IMG/VR virus record: IMGVR_UViG_3300021254_000020
Coordinates: 160,001-224,000 of that record
Source of the DNA: a virus
Taxonomy: Duplodnaviria > Caudoviricetes
DNA: 64,000 nucleotides
Strand: one strand, 5' to 3'
This document shows positions 16,260-25,260 of this stretch, piece by piece. A program made the translations under genes and the position numbers. A model generated the notes under the pieces. That model worked only from the letters and a program-made list of their open reading frames with translations. It did not search any database and was not told the DNA's origin. The stretch's first letter is position 1, and each line of letters opens with the position of its first letter.

Positions 16260-17597
16260 GTCAGCCGCAAGTCCACTGAGGACGAATTGATCCAATGAGA
16301 GAACCGCACTGTCTGTATTGACTCCGACTACCCTCTTCCATACTATGGATTCGTAATGGATAGTAGGATTGCGGTTAATCAATACATGGATCTTATCCAT
16401 CTTAATCAGGTTGTTGAGGATATCTAGTACCCTCTGATCAAGCTGCAGTGTAGCATAATACCATTTCTTATATGCCTCAGCATATGTAATATTATAGCTA
16501 CTCTGTATGATATTGATCAATACCTGTTCTAAGAGCAATACGAGACCAGTATAGGGTAACATAACTTCGTCAGACCTCAGTTTACTATCCGGCACAATGA
16601 TAGACCGTTCAGAGAAAGCAGTACGTCCAGATATAGTAGAACGCATTATACCTCTCTTATCTGCTAATATGCGGATAATCTCATCAGAGAGTTCACTTAG
16701 CTTAACCTGCATATCCCAGAGAATCTGATTCTGTAGTTTGGGATTTCTATAGATAGAGAGAGTATCATTATTGAGTTGAGCTCCTAATGATGCTAAGATA
16801 TTAAAGGTAGCATTGGTTTTCTCGAAAGTAAACCGCTTACCTTCTACCTTAGCAATACGAAGCTGGGTGGTATAGATAGGGATAGAATGAGAGAATACAC
16901 AATCTCTATGCTGCATAATGAGATCGTATACATCCTTCTTATTTTTTCTTTTCTTTAAGAAGTATGCCAGTATCTCATCAAACTTCTCATAAAAACCCAT
17001 CATACCAAGGCTCTCATATTTAGAGTCTAATTTACTCTTCTTCTTATATCTACGAGCATTCTTTCTCTTAAAGATTTTTCTATCATATGAACTCATGGGT
17101 TTACCATCAGCATCGAGTTCGATAGCTGGTTCTAATATAGACTCCAAGTTATCTTTTCCGATGATGGAGATGAGTTCTACATAGATAGCAGGATTGATTA
17201 TATGATATTGATCCTTTAAATGGATATATCCAAAGTAGGTGAAATCATCACCTACTAATTTAGCGGGAGTTCCACAATAAGGACAGTAGAAGTTAGGATG
17301 GTCCATCACAGAATTAAATGCTCCTTGCAGATAGCCACAAGCACATTTGTATCTGTGAGAGAATGCTGCTTCATCTCCAAGCTGTCTACCAAACTTAGTA
17401 GAGAAGATAGATGTGTCACTCTTCAAGGATTTTTGAAGAGGTTGCTTTGAATCGATAATGAATGCTTGCCCAACACTCATATCTTTCTCAAACTCATTAT
17501 CAAGATTGAGTATAGACAGTTTAACGAAATAATCATATTCATTATCTCTAGGATAATGAATATTGAGTTTCACGTCTTTCAGGCTATTCTCATCCAT
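16260..17597 (-). CDS. multi-subunit RNA polymerase beta-prime N subunit, exon 1 (spliced product ~529 aa)
   Basis: Zn finger CACG..CPYCG, FGYIHL, KRGIMR..ISGRTAFSERSIIVP, INRNPTI; ends LAAD at the first catalytic Asp. Confidence 0.9.
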
Positions 17598-17599
17598 AA

Positions 17600-17857
17600 T
17601 TAATCCTCTCTAATAACCCAGTCATTAGCCAACATATCAGCTTGAGAAGCCAACCAACCAAGCTGTACTCCTCTAGTGCCTACGAAAGCTATAGCCTGAT
17701 TACCGATATCCTTATGATCAGCATTGATAATCTCACCACGAGCATTCATGTAAGAGATATTAGTGGCGAGTTCAATGTACTGATCTTTGCCATTCCATCC
17801 CATACGGGATACTCTCTTTCCTTCCTTCATTGCATTGATAGCTTCACCAAAATTCAT
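17600..17857 (-). CDS. DUF2829 / Tad2-like protein (candidate immune-signal sponge)
   Basis: MNFGEAI.AMK.GKRV.R.GWNGK...GWLASQADMLANDW signature. Confidence 0.8.
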   Translation of the reverse strand: MNFGEAINAMKEGKRVSRMGWNGKDQYIELATNISYMNARGEIINADHKDIGNQAIAFVGTRGVQLGWLASQADMLANDWVIRED

Positions 17858-18231
17858 TTTTCATCCTCCTCTAATTTACTTAACTCTTCTTTAAGATAAT
17901 ACTTACGATTAGACCAACATACGTGATTAATTAGATCAACCAATCCACTACGTGCCATGTCTTTATTATAACGGTAAACACAATTTATGAGATTTCCTAA
18001 AGTACACCGCACATCAGCTTTGTTAGTATAATCTATTTCGCTAGCACCCGATAAGTCATTGTCTATAGGGAACTTAACGAACATATCCAAATGATTAGCC
18101 ATTAATTCTATAAATGAATATGCTATCGCATAATCACTATCTCTAGGTATATCAGTACTAGCATAGATATTATCGTAAGCATCTAGATCCTTAAATAATA
18201 CCTGTCTTATGTCTTCAACAGTACCCTTCAC
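17854..18231 (-). CDS. hypothetical protein
   Basis: GTG start, GAGGAG RBS. Confidence 0.65.
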   Translation of the reverse strand: MKGTVEDIRQVLFKDLDAYDNIYASTDIPRDSDYAIAYSFIELMANHLDMFVKFPIDNDLSGASEIDYTNKADVRCTLGNLINCVYRYNKDMARSGLVDLINHVCWSNRKYYLKEELSKLEEDEK

Positions 18232-18249
18232 AATATTCTCCTCTCTTAA

Positions 18250-18525
18250 TTATAATTCTGAGTCTTTGACTGTATAATTCTCCCACTTCTTATACACGTC
18301 AACATAAGTCTGTTTGCGATCACCATCATGAGTAATCTCATAATACATACCATCGCTCACTTCAGTAGACACTAATGCTTTCCAGTTCTGAAGAGTTTTG
18401 CAGAACCAGACTATGAATACATTATCTTTTGTGATAATGAAATCATCAGTCACATCTCTATGAGCATTGAAGTAGTCTACTACTATCTGCTTAGCAGTAT
18501 TTATCATCTCATCATTCCTAGTCAT
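18250..18525 (-). CDS. DUF6275-like phage protein
   Basis: VWFCKTLQNWKALVST..DGMYYEIT.DGD....YVDVYKKWEN. Confidence 0.75.
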   Translation of the reverse strand: MTRNDEMINTAKQIVVDYFNAHRDVTDDFIITKDNVFIVWFCKTLQNWKALVSTEVSDGMYYEITHDGDRKQTYVDVYKKWENYTVKDSEL

Positions 18526-18545
18526 AGGACCTTCACCCCCTTTCG

Positions 18546-19226
18546 TTAGTCATGCATTACGTTATCGGACCAGCAATATCCGTATAACTCTTGCACCTTA
18601 TCTTCTTCCTCATAATATGTCTGATCGTATACCTTTTCTCCTCTCTCATAGACAGTATGTCCTACGAAGTTAGGCATCTCATCAGCATACTTATGATCTA
18701 TTCTCATATTGGGATTATCTTTCGCTAGCTTCTCCATTACTGGAGTGGGATCAGACCATGCTGTATTGAAAGCAATGGTATTATCATCTACTTTATACTG
18801 AGTATACGCGTCCCATTTAGTACCCCAGTTAGAGATTCTCCAATCATACCAATTTGGGAATCCATATTTCTTTTCATTCTCAAAAGATTGTTTAGCCTTT
18901 TCGAGATCAACTGTTCCATCATCAATGAGTTTTTGGGCTGCTTCCTCATGAGTTAATTTATTTTCGTTATCGTCAGCCCATGTATGAATACATTGATAAT
19001 CATCATCCTTTAAAGTTTCTCCTTTCTTCATCATTCGGTATATGTCTCTAGATAATAGTGTTCTACTACCACTAACAATATTCAATTCTTCCGGCATGGG
19101 GATAATCTTATTAAAGGAGATATATTGATTCTCCTTTTCTCCATGGATCTCTTGTAGTAATTCACTTACAGTCTTCCCCTCATCAAGCTGTTCAAACTTG
19201 ACAACGTTTCTTACATGATTTGGCAT
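18546..19226 (-). CDS. DUF1281/YubB ferredoxin-like domain protein
   Basis: MPNHVRN, FNKIIPMPEEL, WYDWRISNWGTKW, FNTAWSDP. Confidence 0.75.
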   Translation of the reverse strand: MPNHVRNVVKFEQLDEGKTVSELLQEIHGEKENQYISFNKIIPMPEELNIVSGSRTLLSRDIYRMMKKGETLKDDDYQCIHTWADDNENKLTHEEAAQKLIDDGTVDLEKAKQSFENEKKYGFPNWYDWRISNWGTKWDAYTQYKVDDNTIAFNTAWSDPTPVMEKLAKDNPNMRIDHKYADEMPNFVGHTVYERGEKVYDQTYYEEEDKVQELYGYCWSDNVMHD

Positions 19227-19355
19227 ATTTTTGTCCTCCTCTTCTAGTTACATATGAAGTTATTGAAAAAATAAAAAATGATGCTTACAGGCTTGAATTA
19301 GGAATCTATGGAGAACCCCATTAAAGAGGTTCTCCATTACACCCATCAATTCCCA

Positions 19356-19796
19356 TTAATTATTCTTGATACTAGTTGCTATAGCTCTTTCTAGATTATT
19401 TATTTTAGCATCTAGATTATTTGCAGCATCTTCTACTTTCTGACGTCTAACAGACAATGTCTCTTGGAGATTGCACAATGCCTCCTTGAGATATTTAAGT
19501 ACTATAAGTACTACCTTACCTTTAATATCAACAGGACGTAGACTATTATCAGAGAATACATCCTTTATCATCTTATTCAGATCTTCACGATCACCGTTAG
19601 AGAGATCGAATAGGTTTGATATAGATAAACTAATACTAGCAGTAGTCATATCTCTATATATTTCCATTAGTGATTTGGTATTATCACACTTTGGTACGTC
19701 TAATGCTCTAATTGTGCTAAGAGCATCATCATAGATATCCAGCTGAGTACCTACGATATTAACGATATCATCCTGATCAAGATATTCAATTCTCAT
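19356..19796 (-). CDS. acidic helical protein (paralog array)
   Basis: ORF with RBS. Confidence 0.7.
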   Translation of the reverse strand: MRIEYLDQDDIVNIVGTQLDIYDDALSTIRALDVPKCDNTKSLMEIYRDMTTASISLSISNLFDLSNGDREDLNKMIKDVFSDNSLRPVDIKGKVVLIVLKYLKEALCNLQETLSVRRQKVEDAANNLDAKINNLERAIATSIKNN

Positions 19797-19815
19797 CTCT
19801 TATACTCCTTCTATA

Positions 19816-20235
19816 TTAGTGGTTCATGCATTGCTGGCCAATCATGATAGCCTTCTTCTCTCGAACAGCCTTAACCCTTTCATCCAGAGCTTCAGATTCC
19901 ATATTAAGCAAATCAATATACAGATTCTGAATGAATCTGATAAGATCATCTATACCGATCTTCCCAGAGGTGAAGTCAGAGACTTTGACATCAAGATCTT
20001 CTCTCATCTCAGAATATTCTCTCTTAGAATTCGTATTTATTCCTAAGATGAGTGTTACCTGATTACAAATATTATCATGAGTCAAACCGAGCAGCATTTC
20101 CTTTATTGCAGGTTTGATATCATCTTTGAACCCGTCATCACTCATTAGCTCATCATCTAGTCTCTGCTTAAGACTGAATACAGTCTGTTTTACAAGTCCT
20201 ATCAACGCATACATATCGATATTTTCTACGTTCAT
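19816..20235 (-). CDS. acidic helical protein (paralog array)
   Basis: ORF with RBS. Confidence 0.7.
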   Translation of the reverse strand: MNVENIDMYALIGLVKQTVFSLKQRLDDELMSDDGFKDDIKPAIKEMLLGLTHDNICNQVTLILGINTNSKREYSEMREDLDVKVSDFTSGKIGIDDLIRFIQNLYIDLLNMESEALDERVKAVREKKAIMIGQQCMNH

Positions 20236-20238
20236 TAC

Positions 20239-20598
20239 TTATTCCTCCTTTAATTTATCAATCACTTCTTGCATGTGTTTGATTCTATATTCATAGTATT
20301 TCTTGACTTCTATGATATCATTGATATAAATCGATTTTATTTTCTTTAATCCCTCATCCACTGAGATCTTCTCAGTCAGTATATCAGCTGAGAGTCTACT
20401 ATATGTACTGCAATCATCTATAGTAAACACCAGATCACTAATAGCACTTGGGCAACTTGCTATAAACTCAAGAGCTTCTTCTGATTTGGGATCTAACTTC
20501 TTATATTCTTCTATACCCTTTATCAACTCTTCTCTACTCTTTGCTAAGATCCCTTCTATATCATAATCTTCTATGTTTCTCTCTTCTTCATCACACAT
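20239..20598 (-). CDS. acidic helical protein (paralog array)
   Basis: ORF with RBS. Confidence 0.7.
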   Translation of the reverse strand: MCDEEERNIEDYDIEGILAKSREELIKGIEEYKKLDPKSEEALEFIASCPSAISDLVFTIDDCSTYSRLSADILTEKISVDEGLKKIKSIYINDIIEVKKYYEYRIKHMQEVIDKLKEE

Positions 20599-20612
20599 AC
20601 TTGCCTTCCTCC

Positions 20613-20999
20613 TTAATCATTCCTTGCTTTGCTGCAAAAATCTCCTCCAGGATCATTGTTGTCGTACTCAAACGTATATATTTTCAGATGAACATTCATC
20701 TCCGGAAATTTTAATACAAAGGCCTTATGAAGATTATATACAAACTCTAATGTGGATACTCCACCTTTCTCTTTAATACTGAACTGGAATATCCCAGAGT
20801 AATATAATCTTTCATTAGCGGTTTTCATACCTCTATAGGTACTTATTCCCAATCTTTTCATAAGAGCTTTAAAGTTTACTTTTCCATTACAACATCCAGT
20901 ATCTTTATCTTCTGGTATTATTAATGGATATATTTTTGCATCTATTTCCTCGTCCTCATCAGGGATGAACTCGATCTCTACGTCATATTCCTTATACAT
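20613..20999 (-). CDS. hypothetical protein
   Basis: ORF with RBS. Confidence 0.7.
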   Translation of the reverse strand: MYKEYDVEIEFIPDEDEEIDAKIYPLIIPEDKDTGCCNGKVNFKALMKRLGISTYRGMKTANERLYYSGIFQFSIKEKGGVSTLEFVYNLHKAFVLKFPEMNVHLKIYTFEYDNNDPGGDFCSKARND

Positions 21000-21420
21000 A
21001 CTTCTCCTCCCTCTTACTTATCAGAGTATTTAGCATACGTTCAATTTTCGACTTTGAGTCCTCAAGTCGATCTGTACGATTCTTAAGAGGTTTTATTGAT
21101 GCATCAATCCCATTCATGAGATTGCGCATAATCTCTTCCATACACGAATCTAAGTCATCTACACTCCCCGATACATAATCTTCAATTAACCGAAATATTT
21201 CGATCCCAGTATTACTGTAAGGAAAAGAATCAAAGAGATTCTCCAAAGGATCAGTAACTTTTCTAACAATATCCAGAAGATCAGTTTCTGCTACATCTGG
21301 ATCTGTTTGTACCATTTTTTGATACTCTTTTCTTTGTTCAACCATTCCTATCCTAATATTCTTTAAGATCTCTTTATAGTCGAAATCTTCTGGATTATAT
21401 TTGTCTTTTATTATTGACAT
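20992..21420 (-). CDS. acidic helical protein (paralog array)
   Basis: Start at MSII after GAGGAGG. Confidence 0.7.
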   Translation of the reverse strand: MSIIKDKYNPEDFDYKEILKNIRIGMVEQRKEYQKMVQTDPDVAETDLLDIVRKVTDPLENLFDSFPYSNTGIEIFRLIEDYVSGSVDDLDSCMEEIMRNLMNGIDASIKPLKNRTDRLEDSKSKIERMLNTLISKREEKYV

Positions 21421-21820
21421 ACTCTTCCTCCTCAATCAACCTATCAAAGATATTAGTCAACTCTATAGACTTATTCATAGTCTTAACGAATATATCGTCA
21501 GTCTCTTTGTATTTATCCATCTCATCTTTATAAGCAGCTAAGACGACTCTATACTTTACTAAGAGAATCAGATCCACTATATCGATATAACCTGAAGTAT
21601 ATCTAGAAAAGTAATTATCATATCTCTCCTTATACTTACGAGGAATCTTGAAAAAGAACGTTGCTAATGGGGGTATTTGCTCATCAAAATAACCAACTTT
21701 TTTGATCTCATCCATTAGCTCTTCATTTGTAGAGCCATCTACATACATTTTGAGTATCTTTGCTACTTTGACGAATCGATCTCTAAAAAACTCCTCGACA
21801 GGAATCTCATATAAATACAT
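21395..21820 (-). CDS. helical protein (paralog array)
   Basis: ORF with GGAGGAGG RBS. Confidence 0.7.
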   Translation of the reverse strand: MYLYEIPVEEFFRDRFVKVAKILKMYVDGSTNEELMDEIKKVGYFDEQIPPLATFFFKIPRKYKERYDNYFSRYTSGYIDIVDLILLVKYRVVLAAYKDEMDKYKETDDIFVKTMNKSIELTNIFDRLIEEEEYVNNKRQI

Positions 21821-21837
21821 ACTTTCCTCCTCCTATA

Positions 21838-22317
21838 TTATTTCTCTACATACACTGGTTCTGGAGTTCCCTCAGCGAATAGACTATCTACCCAATCATG
21901 CATATATACATCATCTACATCCCCAAAGGCATATAACACGAATCTTCTATTGATATCTAGAATCATCTCATATGACTTTGTCGGTCTCTCCAATTCGCTC
22001 AGCTCATCAAACACATTGGCAGGAAATTCGCTCTCATTTATATATTGAGCAAAATCATCAAACAATAATACTATTGGAGTTAGCATACTAGAGTCAAAAT
22101 GATCTACTAGCCAATGCATCTGATAGTTTATTGTTTCATTAGTACTTATATCCTCTCCTTCCTCTAATAATATCTGAATCTTATTCAAATACTCGTTCAT
22201 ATCATCCATCATCTCTGGATACACTTCCAGAGCACAGATTACTATTGGTTTACAAGGTTCATTTGGGTTAAAGATCTGAATTGTACTCTTTCCCCATCTA
22301 GTAGTATTACTCAACAT
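21838..22317 (-). CDS. acidic hypothetical protein
   Basis: First gene after the early-type motif at 22344-22353. Confidence 0.7.
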   Translation of the reverse strand: MLSNTTRWGKSTIQIFNPNEPCKPIVICALEVYPEMMDDMNEYLNKIQILLEEGEDISTNETINYQMHWLVDHFDSSMLTPIVLLFDDFAQYINESEFPANVFDELSELERPTKSYEMILDINRRFVLYAFGDVDDVYMHDWVDSLFAEGTPEPVYVEK

Positions 22318-22372
22318 ATATAAACAACTCCCCTACCACTTCTATAGTATATAACTGAAAGCTAATACGAGC

Positions 22373-22385
22373 GACATCGACATAA
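22373..22385 (+). promoter_or_regulatory. late-type promoter motif GACA-N6-TAA (representative)
   Basis: Also at 33377-33389(+), 51725-51737(+), 27134-27146(+), 33296-33308(-), 51666-51678(-), 62271-62283(-), 9954-9966(-), 2039-2051(-); resembles the AR9 late consensus AACA-N6-TA. Confidence 0.7.
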
Positions 22386-22407
22386 ATTGAAAAAGGAGGA
22401 ATCAATA

Positions 22408-23679
22408 ATGGCTAAAACTGCTGTAGAAAAATACGCCGCGCAAAAGAGATACTCTAAGCGTATAACTAATAAAGAGGATCTAGATTTTCTATTTAATGCA
22501 TCTATAGATGAATGTAATAGACTATCTTTTATTATGGAATGCTTCGGTGATTTCAATGGTAAACGTAGGTTCCAACCATATGATATAATTACTGTCCCTC
22601 CAGGAGTATACGGTAAACCAGATAAAAAGAATAAGAATAGCTTCACTACTACAGTAGGACTATTCGTATTTAATAGAGCATTTATAGAAAAGGATCTGAT
22701 AGATATATGTGGCTATGTATCAGAACCAGTTACCAAAAAGTTATTCGGTAAATTAAATAAGAAGATATCTTATGCTCTTATGGAAGATGATATTGAACTA
22801 GATGCTCTCAAACGGTTTATTCTATTAACTCAGAAGTTCCAAGCATATGTAGATATCCTATCTCCTACCTTTACCCCAGCTATGCTAACCATGAGTAGCA
22901 AACTCCAACCTCTTAAAGATGAATTATGGAAGAAATATGAAAAGGAGATAGCAGCTGGCGATACTAAGATAGCTTCTATTATAGATAAGGAGTTAATTAA
23001 GAAGTCTAAAGAGTTGCTTGCTGAAGACCCCTCGACCGACATGATAAATAGCGGGGCCAAGCCTAACTGGGACAATAACTACCGTCATCTGTGGGCCAGT
23101 ATTGGTGCATCTCGTAATTCCGACCCCAATTTAGGCGAATTCTCTATATTAAAGGGCAACTATATGGATGGTGTGTCTAGAGAAGAATATGCTAAGTTCG
23201 CTGACTCCATGGTAGGCGGACCTTATGCTCGTGCTAAGAAGACAGAAGTAGGGGGAGCTTGGGAGAAGATGATCGTACGTGCATTCCAGCACTGTGTCAT
23301 AGATACCTCGGTAGAAGATTGTGGAACAAAGCGTACACTTCCTGTTACCTTTAGTGATAAGAATATAGACGATTGGATGTATTCTTACTATGTAGAGGGT
23401 AGTAAATTAATAGAGATAAATAGTAAGAATAAAGATAGCCTAATAGGAAAAACAAAACAAGTTAGATGGACAGGATTCTGTGAACATACTAAAGGATTCT
23501 GTAAAACATGCTCTGGCAATCTGTTTACTAAATTAGGAATAGTTAATGTAGGGGTCAGTTCATATTGTATAGCGAGCAAAATTAAGCTATTATCAATGAA
23601 GGCGTTTCACGATAGTAGTGTTAAAACTACCACGATGAAGGATTATGGTTATGCTAAGATATTTGGAGGAGCTAAGTAA
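22408..23679 (+). CDS. multi-subunit RNA polymerase beta-prime C subunit (probably virion RNAP)
   Basis: TTVG..FN, MINSGAK, GNYMDG...EEY, bridge-helix-like ARAKKTEVGGAWEK, DCGT, Zn-binding C..CKTCSG, MKAFH; late-type motif upstream. Confidence 0.88.
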   Translation: MAKTAVEKYAAQKRYSKRITNKEDLDFLFNASIDECNRLSFIMECFGDFNGKRRFQPYDIITVPPGVYGKPDKKNKNSFTTTVGLFVFNRAFIEKDLIDICGYVSEPVTKKLFGKLNKKISYALMEDDIELDALKRFILLTQKFQAYVDILSPTFTPAMLTMSSKLQPLKDELWKKYEKEIAAGDTKIASIIDKELIKKSKELLAEDPSTDMINSGAKPNWDNNYRHLWASIGASRNSDPNLGEFSILKGNYMDGVSREEYAKFADSMVGGPYARAKKTEVGGAWEKMIVRAFQHCVIDTSVEDCGTKRTLPVTFSDKNIDDWMYSYYVEGSKLIEINSKNKDSLIGKTKQVRWTGFCEHTKGFCKTCSGNLFTKLGIVNVGVSSYCIASKIKLLSMKAFHDSSVKTTTMKDYGYAKIFGGAK

Positions 23680-23758
23680 AATTGCTTTCCATATATACAT
23701 GAATATAAAAAATAAATGAGGTAGAATAATCCCAAAGGCAATAGCATTTTATGTTATA

Positions 23759-23965
23759 TTAAACAAGCAATTGTTGCAGATCTGAAATTTCATTTCTTCT
23801 CTTCAACAAAAGTCTATTTATTTGTACGGGATGGCTCACAATCCAGTATTCTGGAAAGAACATAGACTTTGTCAACTTGTGTTTGACGTCCTGTGACTTC
23901 TCGAACAGTTGATTAAATTCCGACGTCTTTTCTTGAATTAATTTCTTTATTTGATCTTTGTTCAT
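23759..23965 (-). CDS. small hypothetical protein in a cassette bounded by inverted repeats
   Basis: ATG 23965 after GGAGG; IR at 23714-23733 / 24001-24019. Confidence 0.6.
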   Translation of the reverse strand: MNKDQIKKLIQEKTSEFNQLFEKSQDVKHKLTKSMFFPEYWIVSHPVQINRLLLKRRNEISDLQQLLV

Positions 23966-24021
23966 CTCTTTCACCTCCCTTCATATTAGAATTATATGAA
24001 GGGATATTCTACCTCATTTCT

Positions 24022-24031
24022 ATAATATATC
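24022..24031 (-). promoter_or_regulatory. early-type promoter motif RTATAYTAT (representative)
   Basis: Also near 357, 3130, 3726, 4888, 13836, 22344, 26738, 27891, 35143, 36747, 45308, 46987, 56728, 56894, 57896, 58370, 60032; all intergenic and minus-oriented; resembles phiKZ/AR9 early TATATTA motifs. Confidence 0.75.
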
Positions 24032-24088
24032 ATCAAAAAAAGAAAAGATAGACGGGTAGACCTATTGTGGTCTACCCTATTCTCTGTA

Positions 24089-24757
24089 TCAATCTTCTAA
24101 TATTAACTCAGTTGTAGTCTTACCTATTCTTCCATGTGAATTTCTTTTCAAATAAATATAGTCATATCTTTTGTATTCTCTATAGAAGTCTTCTATCGGT
24201 TTATTTGGATTGGAAAACTGTACCTCTCTTGCATCTTCTTCTATAATTTGATTTTCTGACCCATATAGATACATCATTTTGATATTAGTATACTTATTCC
24301 CCTTGGTACAAATATCTACTTTCATTAAATATAATTGTTGTAGTACATGCCTCCATTCATGTCTTATTACTCCTTGAACTTGTTCTTCAAACGATACATC
24401 ATTTAAAACGGATTCATTAATAAGACCAACTCTAAAAAATCCGATTCTGATTATTAGATCCAAGAGAGTATTATGGAAATATTTATTATATACTTTATTA
24501 TCGGTAGGATCTTTCATATCAGAATATCTACCTGGTGTTGAAGTTGTAGTAACTCCTCCACAAAAGATGTTATAATTAGATTCTCTATTAGACGTAACAG
24601 GATACCATAATATTTTAGGAGGTAAGACTAAGAAATCACTCTTAGTATCCTTGGTCCACTCTGGTAATACACACCATTCATTGTAATAGTCTAATATGAT
24701 AGAGTCTATATGTTCCTCGCTATATTTAGATAAATCAATCAATATATTCACCTCCAA
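24089..24757 (-). CDS. HExxH (zincin-like) protein
   Basis: IRHEWRHVLQ...IEEDA. Confidence 0.6.
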   Translation of the reverse strand: MEVNILIDLSKYSEEHIDSIILDYYNEWCVLPEWTKDTKSDFLVLPPKILWYPVTSNRESNYNIFCGGVTTTSTPGRYSDMKDPTDNKVYNKYFHNTLLDLIIRIGFFRVGLINESVLNDVSFEEQVQGVIRHEWRHVLQQLYLMKVDICTKGNKYTNIKMMYLYGSENQIIEEDAREVQFSNPNKPIEDFYREYKRYDYIYLKRNSHGRIGKTTTELILED

Positions 24758-24792
24758 AAAATATAGGGATGGAATTAACCACCCCTATTATA

Positions 24793-25260
24793 TTAAGCTT
24801 CGGCTTCCTTTTTTCTATCGTCTAACATCTCACGGATAGACTTTTCTAATTCCTTTACGCTTATATCTTCACGTATTTCGTTTTTAAACTTTTCTCCCAT
24901 TTTATCCATATCAAGACCTCCAGAGAGTAATTCAAATACTGCTGCTGTTTGGTTTGCTAATACTTTGGGAGCAGAGATATATATGAATGGGGAGATAAAA
25001 ATCACAAAAGAGAGATACTTAATGTAATAATATACTACCTTAAGAAAGGATTTAAGTGATTTAAATGATGCTGCAAGTCCTTTCTTATTGTATTTATTAT
25101 ACAAATATGGGCCCATGTCTAATGTAGCAGTTGTTAAAGCCACCAATGTGAAGCTCACTAAAGAATAATTAAGCAGTATTGCTTTAGTCCTATGACCATC
25201 TCCTACAAGTGTTATAATTTTTTCGATATATCTCATGTTAATACTAATAGAATCTCTCAT
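24793..25260 (-). CDS. membrane protein (2 TM)
   Basis: Two hydrophobic segments. Confidence 0.65.
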   Translation of the reverse strand: MRDSISINMRYIEKIITLVGDGHRTKAILLNYSLVSFTLVALTTATLDMGPYLYNKYNKKGLAASFKSLKSFLKVVYYYIKYLSFVIFISPFIYISAPKVLANQTAAVFELLSGGLDMDKMGEKFKNEIREDISVKELEKSIREMLDDRKKEAEA

